From positions 1,282,639 through 1,346,638 of the forward strand of contig OZ253953.1 of the NCBI GenBank assembly GCA_965267335.1: a DNA stretch of 64,000 nt. Direction: 5' to 3'. Below are positions 1 to 9,586 of the stretch, piece after piece. Both the position numbers and the translations under genes were made by a program. The DNA is from Cytophagales bacterium. Its GTDB lineage: Bacteria > Bacteroidota > Bacteroidia > Cytophagales > JAAEPT01. The notes below the pieces were generated by a model. It saw nothing but the letters and a program-made list of their open reading frames with translations, ran no database searches and was not told the DNA's origin. How positions within the stretch are numbered: position 1 is the stretch's first letter; each line of letters begins with the position of its first letter.

Positions 1-3000
1 TTGACCCACTACCCACAGCGGACGCAGGTACAGACGACAGCTTCTGTGACGGTCAGGGCAATGCAACGATTACTGCCACTGGAGGTGGAACCTATTCATG
101 GGACAATGGTCTTGGAGCAGGCGCAAGTCATACAGTAACACCTGCCGCAACAACCACTTATGTAGTGACTGTAACAGACGGTAACGGCTGTACGGATACA
201 GACGATGTAATCATTACAGTTGATCCACTGCCCACAGCGGACGCGGGCACAGACGACAGCTTCTGTGACGGCCAAGGAAATGCAACGATTACAGCCACAG
301 GCGGTGGAACCTATTCATGGGACAATGGTCTCGGTGCAGGAGCCAGCCATACAGTAACACCAGCCGCAACAACCACTTACGTAGTAACGGTAACAGATGG
401 CAATGGCTGTACGGATACAGATAATGTAATCATTACAGTTGATCCACTACCAACAGCAGACGCAGGAGCAGATGTATCGATTTGTCCGGCCGGCTCAACG
501 ACACTGACAGCCAGTGGAGCGACTACCTATAACTGGGATAACGGTCTTGGGGCAGGAGCGAGTCACACGGTGTCACCAGCCGCTACTACAACTTATATAG
601 TAACAGCAACAGATGGCAATGGTTGTACAGATACCGATGATGTGACGGTCACTGTTAATGCAGCTCTACCGGTAAGCGCTGGAACCGATACTGCGATATG
701 TGTTGGCGCATCAGTGACCCTGACAGGTACAGGAGCAGTGAACTACACCTGGGACAATGGTCTTGGAGCAGGAGCAAGTCACACCGTATCACCAGTTACT
801 ACCACTACCTATGTAGTAACCGGAGATGATGGAGCAGGTTGTTCGGCAACTGATGATATAACAATTACAGTCAATGCACTCCCAACAGCAGATGCAGGCA
901 CAGACGACAGTTTCTGTGACGGCCAAGGCAATGCAACGATCACCGCGACAGGCGGTGGTACCTATTCATGGGACAATGGTCTTGGAGCAGGAGCAAGCCA
1001 TACGGTAACACCAGCCGCAACAACGACCTACGTAGTGACGGTAACAGACGGTAACGGATGTACTGACACAGATGATGTAATCATTACAGTTGATCCACTA
1101 CCGACAGCAGACGCAGGAGCAGATGTATCGATTTGTCCGGCCGGCTCAACAACACTAACCGCCAGTGGAGCGACAACCTATAACTGGGATAACGGTCTTG
1201 GGGCAGGAGCGAGTCACACGGTGTCACCAGCCGCTACTACAACTTATATAGTAACAGCAACCGATGGCAATGGCTGTACAGATACCGATAATGTAACAGT
1301 CACTGTTAATGCAGCTCTACCGGTAAGCGCTGGAACTGATACTGCGATATGTGTTGGTGCATCAGTGACCCTGACAGGTACAGGAGCAGTGAACTACACC
1401 TGGGACAATGGCTTAGGAGCAGGAGCAAGTCACACCGTATCACCAGTCACTACCACTACCTATGTAGTAACCGGAGACGATGGAGCAGGTTGTTCAGCAA
1501 CTGATGATATAACAATTACAGTCAATGCACTCCCAACCGCAGACGCAGGCACAGATGACAGCTTCTGTGACGGCCAAGGTAATGCGACTATTACCGCTAC
1601 AGGCGGAGGAACATACAGCTGGGACAATGGACTAGGAGCAGGAGCCAGCCATACAGTAACACCAGCCGCAACAACCACTTACGTAGTGACTGTAACAGAT
1701 GGCAACGGATGTACTGACACAGACGATGTAATTATTACAGTTGATCCACTACCGACAGCAGATGCAGGAGCAGATGTATCGATTTGTCCGGCCGGCTCAA
1801 CAACATTGACAGCCAGTGGAGCGACTACCTATAACTGGGATAACGGTCTTGGAGGAGGAGCCAGTCACACGGTGTCACCAGCCGCTACTACAACTTATAT
1901 AGTAACAGCAACAGATGGCAATGGCTGTACAGATACCGATGATGTAACTGTAACAGTAAATAGTGTCTTACCAGTTGATGCTGGATTGGATGTTTCTATC
2001 TGTGAAGGAGAATCAGCTAGCATAAGTGCAAGCGGTGCAGTGAACTACACCTGGGACAATGGCCTGGGAGCAGGAGCAAGTCACACCGTATCACCAGTCA
2101 CTACCACTACCTATGTAGTAACCGGAGATGATGGAGCAGGTTGTTCGGCAACTGATGATATAACAATTACAGTCAATGCACTCCCAACAGCAGATGCAGG
2201 AACTGATGATAGCTTCTGTGATGGACAAGGCAATGCGACTATTACCGCGACAGGTGGAGGAACCTATTCATGGGACAATGGTTTAGGCGCAGGAGCAAGC
2301 CATACAGTAACACCAGCCGCAACAACCACTTACGTAGTGACTGTAACAGACGGTAACGGATGTACGGATACTGACGATGTAATCATTACAGTTGATCCAC
2401 TCCCAACCGCAGACGCAGGAGCAGATGTATCGATTTGTCCGGCCGGCTCAACAACACTGACCGCCAGTGGAGCGACAACCTATAACTGGGATAACGGTCT
2501 TGGAGCAGGAGCCAGTCACACGGTGTCACCAGCTGCTACTACAACTTATATAGTAACAGCAACAGATGGCAATGGCTGTACGGATACCGATGATGTAACT
2601 GTAACAGTAAATAGTGTCTTACCAGTTGATGCTGGATTGGATGTTTCTATCTGTGAAGGAGAATCAGCTAGTATAAGTGCAAGCGGTGCAGTGAACTACA
2701 CCTGGGACAATGGTTTAGGAGCAGGAGCAAGTCACACTGTATCACCAATCACTACCACTACCTATGTAGTAACCGGAGATGATGGAGCAGGTTGTTCAGC
2801 GACCGATGATATAACAATTACAGTCAATGCACTCCCAACAGCAGATGCAGGCACAGACGACAGCTTCTGTGAAGGCCAAGGTAATGCGATTATTACGGCC
2901 ACAGGAGGTGGAACCTACAATTGGGACAATGGCTTGGGGTCAGGAGCAAGCCATACAGTAACACCAGCTGCAACCACAACTTACATAGTAACGGTAACAG

Positions 3001-3262
3001 ACGGTAACGGATGTACGGATACAGACGATGTGATCATTACAGTTAATCCCATACCTTCAGTTGATGCTGGTTCAGATGTTGAAATATGTGTAGGGACAGA
3101 GGTGTTTTTGAATGCTTCTGGTGCGGTTTCTTATAATTGGGATCAGGGGCTAGGTTCAGGAGCTTCTCATTCAGATATACCAGCTGCGACCACTGTATAT
3201 ACAGTAACAGGAACCGATTTGAATGGTTGCGTAAATACTGACCAGGTAAAAGCAGAAATAAT
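1..3262 (+). repeat. Coding tandem array of 219/219/213-bp modules (types A, B, C) in a 651-bp A-B-C higher-order repeat
   Basis: Protein pattern is A,A,B,C,A,B,C,A,B,C',A,B,C',A',D. The nucleotide period of ~650 bp is visible, for example cagacgacagcttctgtgacggccaagg at ~250 and its near-identical counterpart (one a->t change) at ~900. Confidence 0.9.
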
Positions 3263-3548
3263 AAAGTGTGCCTGTCCACTATTCATACCTAACGCAATTT
3301 CGCCAAATGAAGACAATGCCAATGACAATTGGGTAATTGAAGGACTTGAATGCTACGATCGAAACGTAATTAGAATTTACAACAGATATGGTAGTTTGGT
3401 ATACCAATCAAACGATTATACCATACCATGGGACGGTTATAGAAATGGTCAACCAATGCCAGTAGCAGTTTATTACTATGTGGTTGAGGTTTCAATTGAT
3501 GGGCAAGAGCCATCAACCTTTACAGGTCCGTTAACTATTATGAGATAG
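3..3548 (+). CDS. Giant repeat-rich cell-surface adhesin, 5'-partial (continues beyond the left edge), with a T9SS type-B / gliding-motility C-terminal sorting domain
   Basis: The reading frame is open from nt 3 (DPLPTADAGTDDSFCDG...), so the ORF-track start at 165 (GTG) is internal. There are 15 tandem 71-73-aa modules (core ...Y.WDNGLGAGASHTV.P..TTTY.VT..DGNGC.DTD...). The last ~95 aa (nt 3263-3545, CPLFIPNAISPNEDNANDNW..IYNRYGSLVY..WDGY..G..MP..VYYYV) fit the recalled consensus of the Bacteroidota gliding-motility C-terminal domain (TIGR04131/CHU_C type). Confidence 0.85.
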   Translation, partial: DPLPTADAGTDDSFCDGQGNATITATGGGTYSWDNGLGAGASHTVTPAATTTYVVTVTDGNGCTDTDDVIITVDPLPTADAGTDDSFCDGQGNATITATGGGTYSWDNGLGAGASHTVTPAATTTYVVTVTDGNGCTDTDNVIITVDPLPTADAGADVSICPAGSTTLTASGATTYNWDNGLGAGASHTVSPAATTTYIVTATDGNGCTDTDDVTVTVNAALPVSAGTDTAICVGASVTLTGTGAVNYTWDNGLGAGASHTVSPVTTTTYVVTGDDGAGCSATDDITITVNALPTADAGTDDSFCDGQGNATITATGGGTYSWDNGLGAGASHTVTPAATTTYVVTVTDGNGCTDTDDVIITVDPLPTADAGADVSICPAGSTTLTASGATTYNWDNGLGAGASHTVSPAATTTYIVTATDGNGCTDTDNVTVTVNAALPVSAGTDTAICVGASVTLTGTGAVNYTWDNGLGAGASHTVSPVTTTTYVVTGDDGAGCSATDDITITVNALPTADAGTDDSFCDGQGNATITATGGGTYSWDNGLGAGASHTVTPAATTTYVVTVTDGNGCTDTDDVIITVDPLPTADAGADVSICPAGSTTLTASGATTYNWDNGLGGGASHTVSPAATTTYIVTATDGNGCTDTDDVTVTVNSVLPVDAGLDVSICEGESASISASGAVNYTWDNGLGAGASHTVSPVTTTTYVVTGDDGAGCSATDDITITVNALPTADAGTDDSFCDGQGNATITATGGGTYSWDNGLGAGASHTVTPAATTTYVVTVTDGNGCTDTDDVIITVDPLPTADAGADVSICPAGSTTLTASGATTYNWDNGLGAGASHTVSPAATTTYIVTATDGNGCTDTDDVTVTVNSVLPVDAGLDVSICEGESASISASGAVNYTWDNGLGAGASHTVSPITTTTYVVTGDDGAGCSATDDITITVNALPTADAGTDDSFCEGQGNAIITATGGGTYNWDNGLGSGASHTVTPAATTTYIVTVTDGNGCTDTDDVIITVNPIPSVDAGSDVEICVGTEVFLNASGAVSYNWDQGLGSGASHSDIPAATTVYTVTGTDLNGCVNTDQVKAEIIKCACPLFIPNAISPNEDNANDNWVIEGLECYDRNVIRIYNRYGSLVYQSNDYTIPWDGYRNGQPMPVAVYYYVVEVSIDGQEPSTFTGPLTIMR

Positions 3549-3567
3549 ATTATAGTCCAAAATCAGG

Positions 3568-3598
3568 AAACCCGTGCTATTTTTAGTACGGGTTTTTT
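3568..3598 (+). terminator. Rho-independent terminator of the first adhesin gene
   Basis: aaacccgtgct / agtacgggttt stem (11 bp, one G-U), loop attttt, followed by a T6 run. It begins 20 nt after the stop codon. Confidence 0.75.
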
Positions 3599-4084
3599 GT
3601 TTAACTATCAGGTTTTTAAAGTGATAGTTATTAAAACGTCAAATCGTATCCGGAAAATCGGCATAGGGGTACAAGAAGGACAATATATAGGTGTTTTCAT
3701 GTATGAAAAATGGGCGTTACGAAGAAAATAAAGTGCTTTTGTCCTTTAAAAGGGATGTAAGTTTTAGGGGATTCTCTTAACAAATACAAAAAAAGACTAT
3801 TTTTTATCAAATTAATGCAACCTAAATCGTTATTTATACGATATAACTGTTACCCATCCTGTACGTTTCTTATCTATAATTGAGGAAAAAAGTATTGTAA
3901 TATTTGATTAATTATTTGATCAATGTATTACTTGTAGTGTTGATTCAATCAGCACAGCCTTATCACGATTAATACTTACGAGGGAAAGTTCATTCCGCAT
4001 TGCGGGATAGCGCACATTATGAGATTGTTTACTTATTGAGTGGTTCATGACATCATGAGGCATTCTCTAAACCAAATTGAGCGT

Positions 4085-7000
4085 ATGAGGAACTTTTATT
4101 TAGGCCTGTCCTTATTTTTGACGGCCATTCTACCAGCAAAGTCCTATGGACAAACCTGCTCAGGAAATATTGAGTTAGGTGTCGATCAGGTTATTAATGG
4201 AGGGTTCGAGTTAACGGACCCGGATCCTACCAGTCCCTATTATAATACCCCATATTACGGATTTGGGTGGGACTCTACGGAGTATTGTGTGTTCCAGAGT
4301 GGACAAACTGCCTCCAACGGAGGACCTTTTACTTGTAATACAGGGGATGGATTCTCATCACCTCATACTGTATACATTGGTGATGATGCCGATTATATGA
4401 ATCCAGGAGCCTTTACAGGAACGGCTGCTGCTGGTAATAATTTTTATATGATTGATGGGGCTACTAACCTTCCCAACACTTTCTGGAGACAGCAGGTTTA
4501 TGTGGAACCAAATCAATGGTACTACTTTGAAATCAGTGCTTTAACGATGTTTACCAGTGATCCATCAGATTTGGCTAATTTTGGTTTTTATCTGGATGGA
4601 ACCAGCTTTAGTCCAAACCTAACGGTTCCTGCTACTGCAGGTACCTGGGATACTTATATAGACTCTGTGTATTATACCGGTCCGGCTGGATATGTTACAC
4701 TCGAGATCAGAAATGAGCTTGGGGGTAATTTTGGTAACGGTAACGATTGGGCAATTGATGAATTACATTTTACACCAGGCTGTCGTTTTGGTTCACCAGG
4801 CCCTCAACCAGAATTAGACGAATCGATAACTCTTTGTGGAACTACAGGCTCCATTTCACTTCAGGATTTTGGATTGGATTGCTCTGATCCTACTCTGGAT
4901 TTTACATGGAGTACTGGTGAAACTACTTGTGCCATAACCATTAACAGTGCAATTGATCCTGTGACTTTATGTGTTTCACAGAATGGTTCATGCGTACGCT
5001 CAGCAGTAACCGCGGTAATCAATGATTTTTCCGTAGATATCGGACCGGATGTGGACTTATGTAACCCTGTAACTCATACGTTTACAGCTTCCCTAAGTGA
5101 TAATCACTCAGGAAATTTTGTTACATATCAGTGGTATCTTGATGGAGTTGCAATTCCAGGAGAAACGGGACCGACTTATACTGCGACAGGCCCCGGTACT
5201 TATCGGGTAGATGTTGATGATGCAAGTTGTGGTATCCGCTCTGATGAAGCCGTGGTAACCATGAGTGCTCCCGAACCCATAGATGCATATTTCTGTGCAC
5301 CACCGGCACAAAATGTCACTTTGGGAATTGAAGATCTTGGAGGGGAGTATGACTGGTATGATGTATCAACCGGAGGAACTATTCTGGCCGGAGGAACCAA
5401 TACCAATACATTTATAACCCCGGCAATTTCGGCTTCGACCACTTATTATGTTGAGGACTCACGAGACTTGGTGTCTACCACTGGCCCCACCAATCAGACT
5501 CAGGCTACCGCAGAATGTAGAAATGCGGACTGTAGAGGGACTAGCTTTACGGTATACTGGCCAATGGACCTTAATTCTGTGCAAATTTTGAACGCAACCA
5601 ATTGGGAGGGGTGCAATAACACTACCAATTACTCAAGAACTATAAGATTATTGGATGCGGATAATGGAAATGCATTAGTACAAAGTGCAAACATTACAAT
5701 CGATTGTCAGAATACAACTACGGCTCAAACGCTTAATCTGGGTTTTACAGATATCCAACCGGGTAATTATATTCTGGACGATGGAGACGGTGCTTCTGTT
5801 TTCAATCATTCAACAACAACGAATTGGCCAATCGAAGTTCCCGATATTATTAGAATCGATGAAGGCCTAGGAAGTACAACAGGTATTTTCTTTAACTGGG
5901 ACATAGATTACACTCTTCCATGTGAGAGAACTCCAGTTAATGCAATTTTACAATGTTGCCCCAATCAGCCAACATCTCTTAATATTGCACCTGCAGGTCC
6001 TATTGATATTTGTGCAGGTTCCAATCAACTTTTAACAGCGACAGCTGCTGGTCCAACTTCGTATGAATACATCTGGTACTTCAATGGTATCGGAGCGGGA
6101 AATGTGGTGCAAGCTCAAAGCACCACAAATACTTATTTGGCTACTCAGGCGGGCACTTACTTTGTTAGAGCCTTGGACCCATCTGATCCAACCTGTTACT
6201 TGGATGCAAGTGTTACTATTAATGAAATTGATTACAGCGTGGACTTGGGCGGACCATACACCCTTTGTTCACCTGGAAATGTAACTTTGGACGCGGGAGC
6301 ACCAACTCCAGGTCCTATAACCTATCAGTGGTACAGAGACGGAGCAGCTATTGGTGGAGCCACCGGTCAAACTCAATTTGTTAATCAAACGGGTACTTAT
6401 TCTGTAGATATGACCACTCCTTGTGGAGTGTATACTGATGATGCTGTGGTTACCATTGATGCATCTGGGTTGACACCAGGCAATGATACGATTTGTCCGG
6501 TTCCGGGAGTCGCAAACTTATCAATTTCAGGAGGTTCCGGAACCTATAATTGGTATGCAGCATCAACTGGAGGAGCACCGATAAACACTGGAGCAACTTA
6601 TAACCCTGCTATTACTGGGACAACTACCTACTGGGTGGAGGATGCAGCTTCAATTGCCGGATCTCTTTCTCCAGGTATGGGTGGTTTTACTAATCACTGG
6701 GATGCCACCAGTACACCCCAAAGATTTGATGCATTTACTTCATTCACTCTAAATTCAGTAGATGTTCAGGCACAAGTGTGGCAAGGAGGATGTGGCAACA
6801 CCTCATCAACCCGTTCTATTACCATTGAGTTATGGCAGGGAGGTGTGGCCACAGGCCAAACATTTACTGAACCTGCAATGAGCTGTGCAGCTTCTTTACA
6901 AACATTAAACGTTGGATTTAATATTACAGCTGGAGTTGGCTACGAGCTTAGGATTGCTGGAGTTGGAGGTGGGCACGTCTATACATCTACAGATGCAGGT

Positions 7001-9586
7001 CCGACAACTGACCCTGGTGTTGTTACATTGAATGGTAGCGGAGGGACGAATAATAGATCAGGAGCGTTCTTCAATTGGAATTATTCTTCTGGCTCTCCAT
7101 GTGATAGAACGCCTGTCGTTGCCGCTGAATACTGTCCCGCAGCTTGTACTCCACCCACTACCGCAACTTTACCAGCATCAACTTTTTGCTCAGGAACAGG
7201 GGATACACTTAGGGTAACAACTGATGCGCCAGCCGGTTATCTATACACCTGGTATGATGGTGGAACAGTAGTTGCCGGTCCGACTGCAGATTTAGATTCA
7301 TTAATCATTTCAACAACAGGAAGCTACCGAGTTAGAATAGCTGATCCATCTGATCCCAATAACGCATCATGTTATTTAGAATCAAATGTTGTCACTCCAA
7401 CTATTAATTCAGCTACCGCAAACGCAGGCACAGATGACAGTTTCTGTGACGGCCAAGGCAATGCAACGATCACTGCGACAGGCGGAGGAACCTATTCATG
7501 GGACAATGGTCTTGGAGCAGGAGCAAGCCATACAGTAACACCAGCCGCAACGACAACTTACGTAGTGACTGTAACGGATGGTAACGGCTGTACGGATACA
7601 GACGATGTAACGATCACGGTTGATCCACTCCCGACAGCAGACGCGGGCACAGACGACAGCTTCTGTGATGGTCAAGGCAATGCAACAATTACGGCTACAG
7701 GCGGTGGTACTTACAGCTGGGACAATGGTCTTGGAGCAGGAGCAAGCCATACAGTAACACCAGCCGCAACGACAACTTACGTAGTGACTGTAACGGATGG
7801 TAACGGCTGTACGGATACAGACGATGTAACGATCACGGTTGATCCACTCCCGACAGCAGACGCGGGCACAGACGACAGCTTCTGCGATGGACAAGGAAAT
7901 GCAACGATCACTGCTACAGGCGGTGGTACTTATAGCTGGGACAATGGATTAGGAGCAGGAGCCAGCCATACAGTAACACCAGCTGCAACGACAACTTACG
8001 TAGTAACAGTCACAGACGGTAACGGATGTACTGACACAGATGATGTAATCATTACGGTTGATCCACTGCCAACCGCAGACGCAGGCACAGACGATAGCTT
8101 CTGTGACGGCCAAGGAAATGCAACGATTACCGCGACAGGCGGAGGAACATACAGCTGGGACAATGGTCTAGGCGCAGGCGCGAGCCATACAGTAACACCT
8201 GCCGCAACAACCACATATGTAGTAACGGTAACAGATGGCAATGGCTGTACGGATACAGATGATGTAATCATTACAGTTGATCCGCTACCGACAGCAGACG
8301 CGGGTACAGACGACAGCTTCTGTGATGGACAAGGCAATGCAACAATTACTGCCACTGGAGGTGGAACGTACACCTGGGACAATGGTCTCGGAGCAGGAGC
8401 AAGTCATACAGTAACACCAGCTGCGACCACAACTTACGTAGTAACGGTAACAGATGGCAACGGCTGTACTGATACTGATGATGTAACGATCACGGTTGAT
8501 CCACTACCGACAGCAGACGCGGGTACAGACGACAGCTTCTGTGATGGACAAGGCAATGCAACAATTACTGCCACTGGAGGTGGAACGTACACCTGGGACA
8601 ATGGTCTCGGAGCAGGAGCAAGTCATACAGTAACACCAGCTGCGACCACAACTTACGTAGTAACGGTAACAGATGGCAACGGCTGTACTGATACTGATGA
8701 TGTAACGATCACGGTTGATCCACTACCAACCGCAGACGCGGGAACTGATGATAGCTTCTGTGACGGTCAGGGCAATGCAACAATTACTGCCACTGGAGGT
8801 GGAACCTACAGCTGGGACAATGGTCTCGGAGCAGGAGCAAGTCATACGGTGACGCCAGCCGCAACAACGACATATGTAGTAACGGTAACAGACGGTAACG
8901 GATGTACTGACACAGATGATGTAATCATTACGGTTGATCCACTGCCAACCGCAGACGCAGGCACAGACGATAGCTTCTGTGACGGCCAAGGAAATGCAAC
9001 GATTACCGCGACAGGCGGAGGAACATACAGCTGGGACAATGGTCTAGGCGCAGGCGCGAGCCATACAGTAACACCTGCCGCAACAACCACTTACGTAGTA
9101 ACTGTAACAGATGGCAATGGCTGTACGGATACAGATGATGTAATCATTACGGTTGATCCACTCCCAACCGCAGACGCAGGTACAGATGATAGCTTCTGTG
9201 ATGGGCAGGGCAATGCGATTATTACCGCGACAGGTGGAGGAACATACAGCTGGGATAATGGATTAGGCGCAGGAGCCAGCCATACAGTAACACCAGCCGC
9301 AACAACCACTTACGTAGTAACTGTAACAGACGGCAATGGCTGTACCGATACAGATGATGTAATCATTACGGTTGATCCACTCCCAACCGCAGACGCAGGT
9401 ACAGATGATAGCTTCTGTGATGGGCAGGGCAATGCGACTATTACCGCGACAGGTGGAGGAACCTACAGCTGGGATAATGGATTAGGCGCAGGAGCCAGCC
9501 ATACAGTAACACCAGCCGCAACAACCACTTACGTAGTAACTGTAACAGACGGCAATCATTACTGTATGATGTACCGATACAGATGA
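4085..9586 (+). CDS. Giant adhesin, N-terminal segment (signal peptide, ~1100-aa unique region, 10 type-A modules), ending in a frameshift-induced stop
   Basis: ATG at 4085 gives MRNFYLGLSLFLTAILPAKSYGQ, a signal-peptide-like start (the ORF-track start at 4040 is upstream). Repeats begin near nt 7420. The last module ends abnormally in ...DGNHYCMMYRYR* where other copies read DGNGCTDTDD. Confidence 0.75.
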   Translation: MRNFYLGLSLFLTAILPAKSYGQTCSGNIELGVDQVINGGFELTDPDPTSPYYNTPYYGFGWDSTEYCVFQSGQTASNGGPFTCNTGDGFSSPHTVYIGDDADYMNPGAFTGTAAAGNNFYMIDGATNLPNTFWRQQVYVEPNQWYYFEISALTMFTSDPSDLANFGFYLDGTSFSPNLTVPATAGTWDTYIDSVYYTGPAGYVTLEIRNELGGNFGNGNDWAIDELHFTPGCRFGSPGPQPELDESITLCGTTGSISLQDFGLDCSDPTLDFTWSTGETTCAITINSAIDPVTLCVSQNGSCVRSAVTAVINDFSVDIGPDVDLCNPVTHTFTASLSDNHSGNFVTYQWYLDGVAIPGETGPTYTATGPGTYRVDVDDASCGIRSDEAVVTMSAPEPIDAYFCAPPAQNVTLGIEDLGGEYDWYDVSTGGTILAGGTNTNTFITPAISASTTYYVEDSRDLVSTTGPTNQTQATAECRNADCRGTSFTVYWPMDLNSVQILNATNWEGCNNTTNYSRTIRLLDADNGNALVQSANITIDCQNTTTAQTLNLGFTDIQPGNYILDDGDGASVFNHSTTTNWPIEVPDIIRIDEGLGSTTGIFFNWDIDYTLPCERTPVNAILQCCPNQPTSLNIAPAGPIDICAGSNQLLTATAAGPTSYEYIWYFNGIGAGNVVQAQSTTNTYLATQAGTYFVRALDPSDPTCYLDASVTINEIDYSVDLGGPYTLCSPGNVTLDAGAPTPGPITYQWYRDGAAIGGATGQTQFVNQTGTYSVDMTTPCGVYTDDAVVTIDASGLTPGNDTICPVPGVANLSISGGSGTYNWYAASTGGAPINTGATYNPAITGTTTYWVEDAASIAGSLSPGMGGFTNHWDATSTPQRFDAFTSFTLNSVDVQAQVWQGGCGNTSSTRSITIELWQGGVATGQTFTEPAMSCAASLQTLNVGFNITAGVGYELRIAGVGGGHVYTSTDAGPTTDPGVVTLNGSGGTNNRSGAFFNWNYSSGSPCDRTPVVAAEYCPAACTPPTTATLPASTFCSGTGDTLRVTTDAPAGYLYTWYDGGTVVAGPTADLDSLIISTTGSYRVRIADPSDPNNASCYLESNVVTPTINSATANAGTDDSFCDGQGNATITATGGGTYSWDNGLGAGASHTVTPAATTTYVVTVTDGNGCTDTDDVTITVDPLPTADAGTDDSFCDGQGNATITATGGGTYSWDNGLGAGASHTVTPAATTTYVVTVTDGNGCTDTDDVTITVDPLPTADAGTDDSFCDGQGNATITATGGGTYSWDNGLGAGASHTVTPAATTTYVVTVTDGNGCTDTDDVIITVDPLPTADAGTDDSFCDGQGNATITATGGGTYSWDNGLGAGASHTVTPAATTTYVVTVTDGNGCTDTDDVIITVDPLPTADAGTDDSFCDGQGNATITATGGGTYTWDNGLGAGASHTVTPAATTTYVVTVTDGNGCTDTDDVTITVDPLPTADAGTDDSFCDGQGNATITATGGGTYTWDNGLGAGASHTVTPAATTTYVVTVTDGNGCTDTDDVTITVDPLPTADAGTDDSFCDGQGNATITATGGGTYSWDNGLGAGASHTVTPAATTTYVVTVTDGNGCTDTDDVIITVDPLPTADAGTDDSFCDGQGNATITATGGGTYSWDNGLGAGASHTVTPAATTTYVVTVTDGNGCTDTDDVIITVDPLPTADAGTDDSFCDGQGNAIITATGGGTYSWDNGLGAGASHTVTPAATTTYVVTVTDGNGCTDTDDVIITVDPLPTADAGTDDSFCDGQGNATITATGGGTYSWDNGLGAGASHTVTPAATTTYVVTVTDGNHYCMMYRYR

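Noticed and set aside
3043-3279. Minus-strand ORFs opposite the adhesin C-terminal regions (3043..3279 and 18078..18392).
   Set aside because: They are antisense to the 3' ends of the adhesin genes, spanning the terminal repeat modules (3043..3279) or the conserved C-terminal sorting domain (18078..18392). They show no independent signals.
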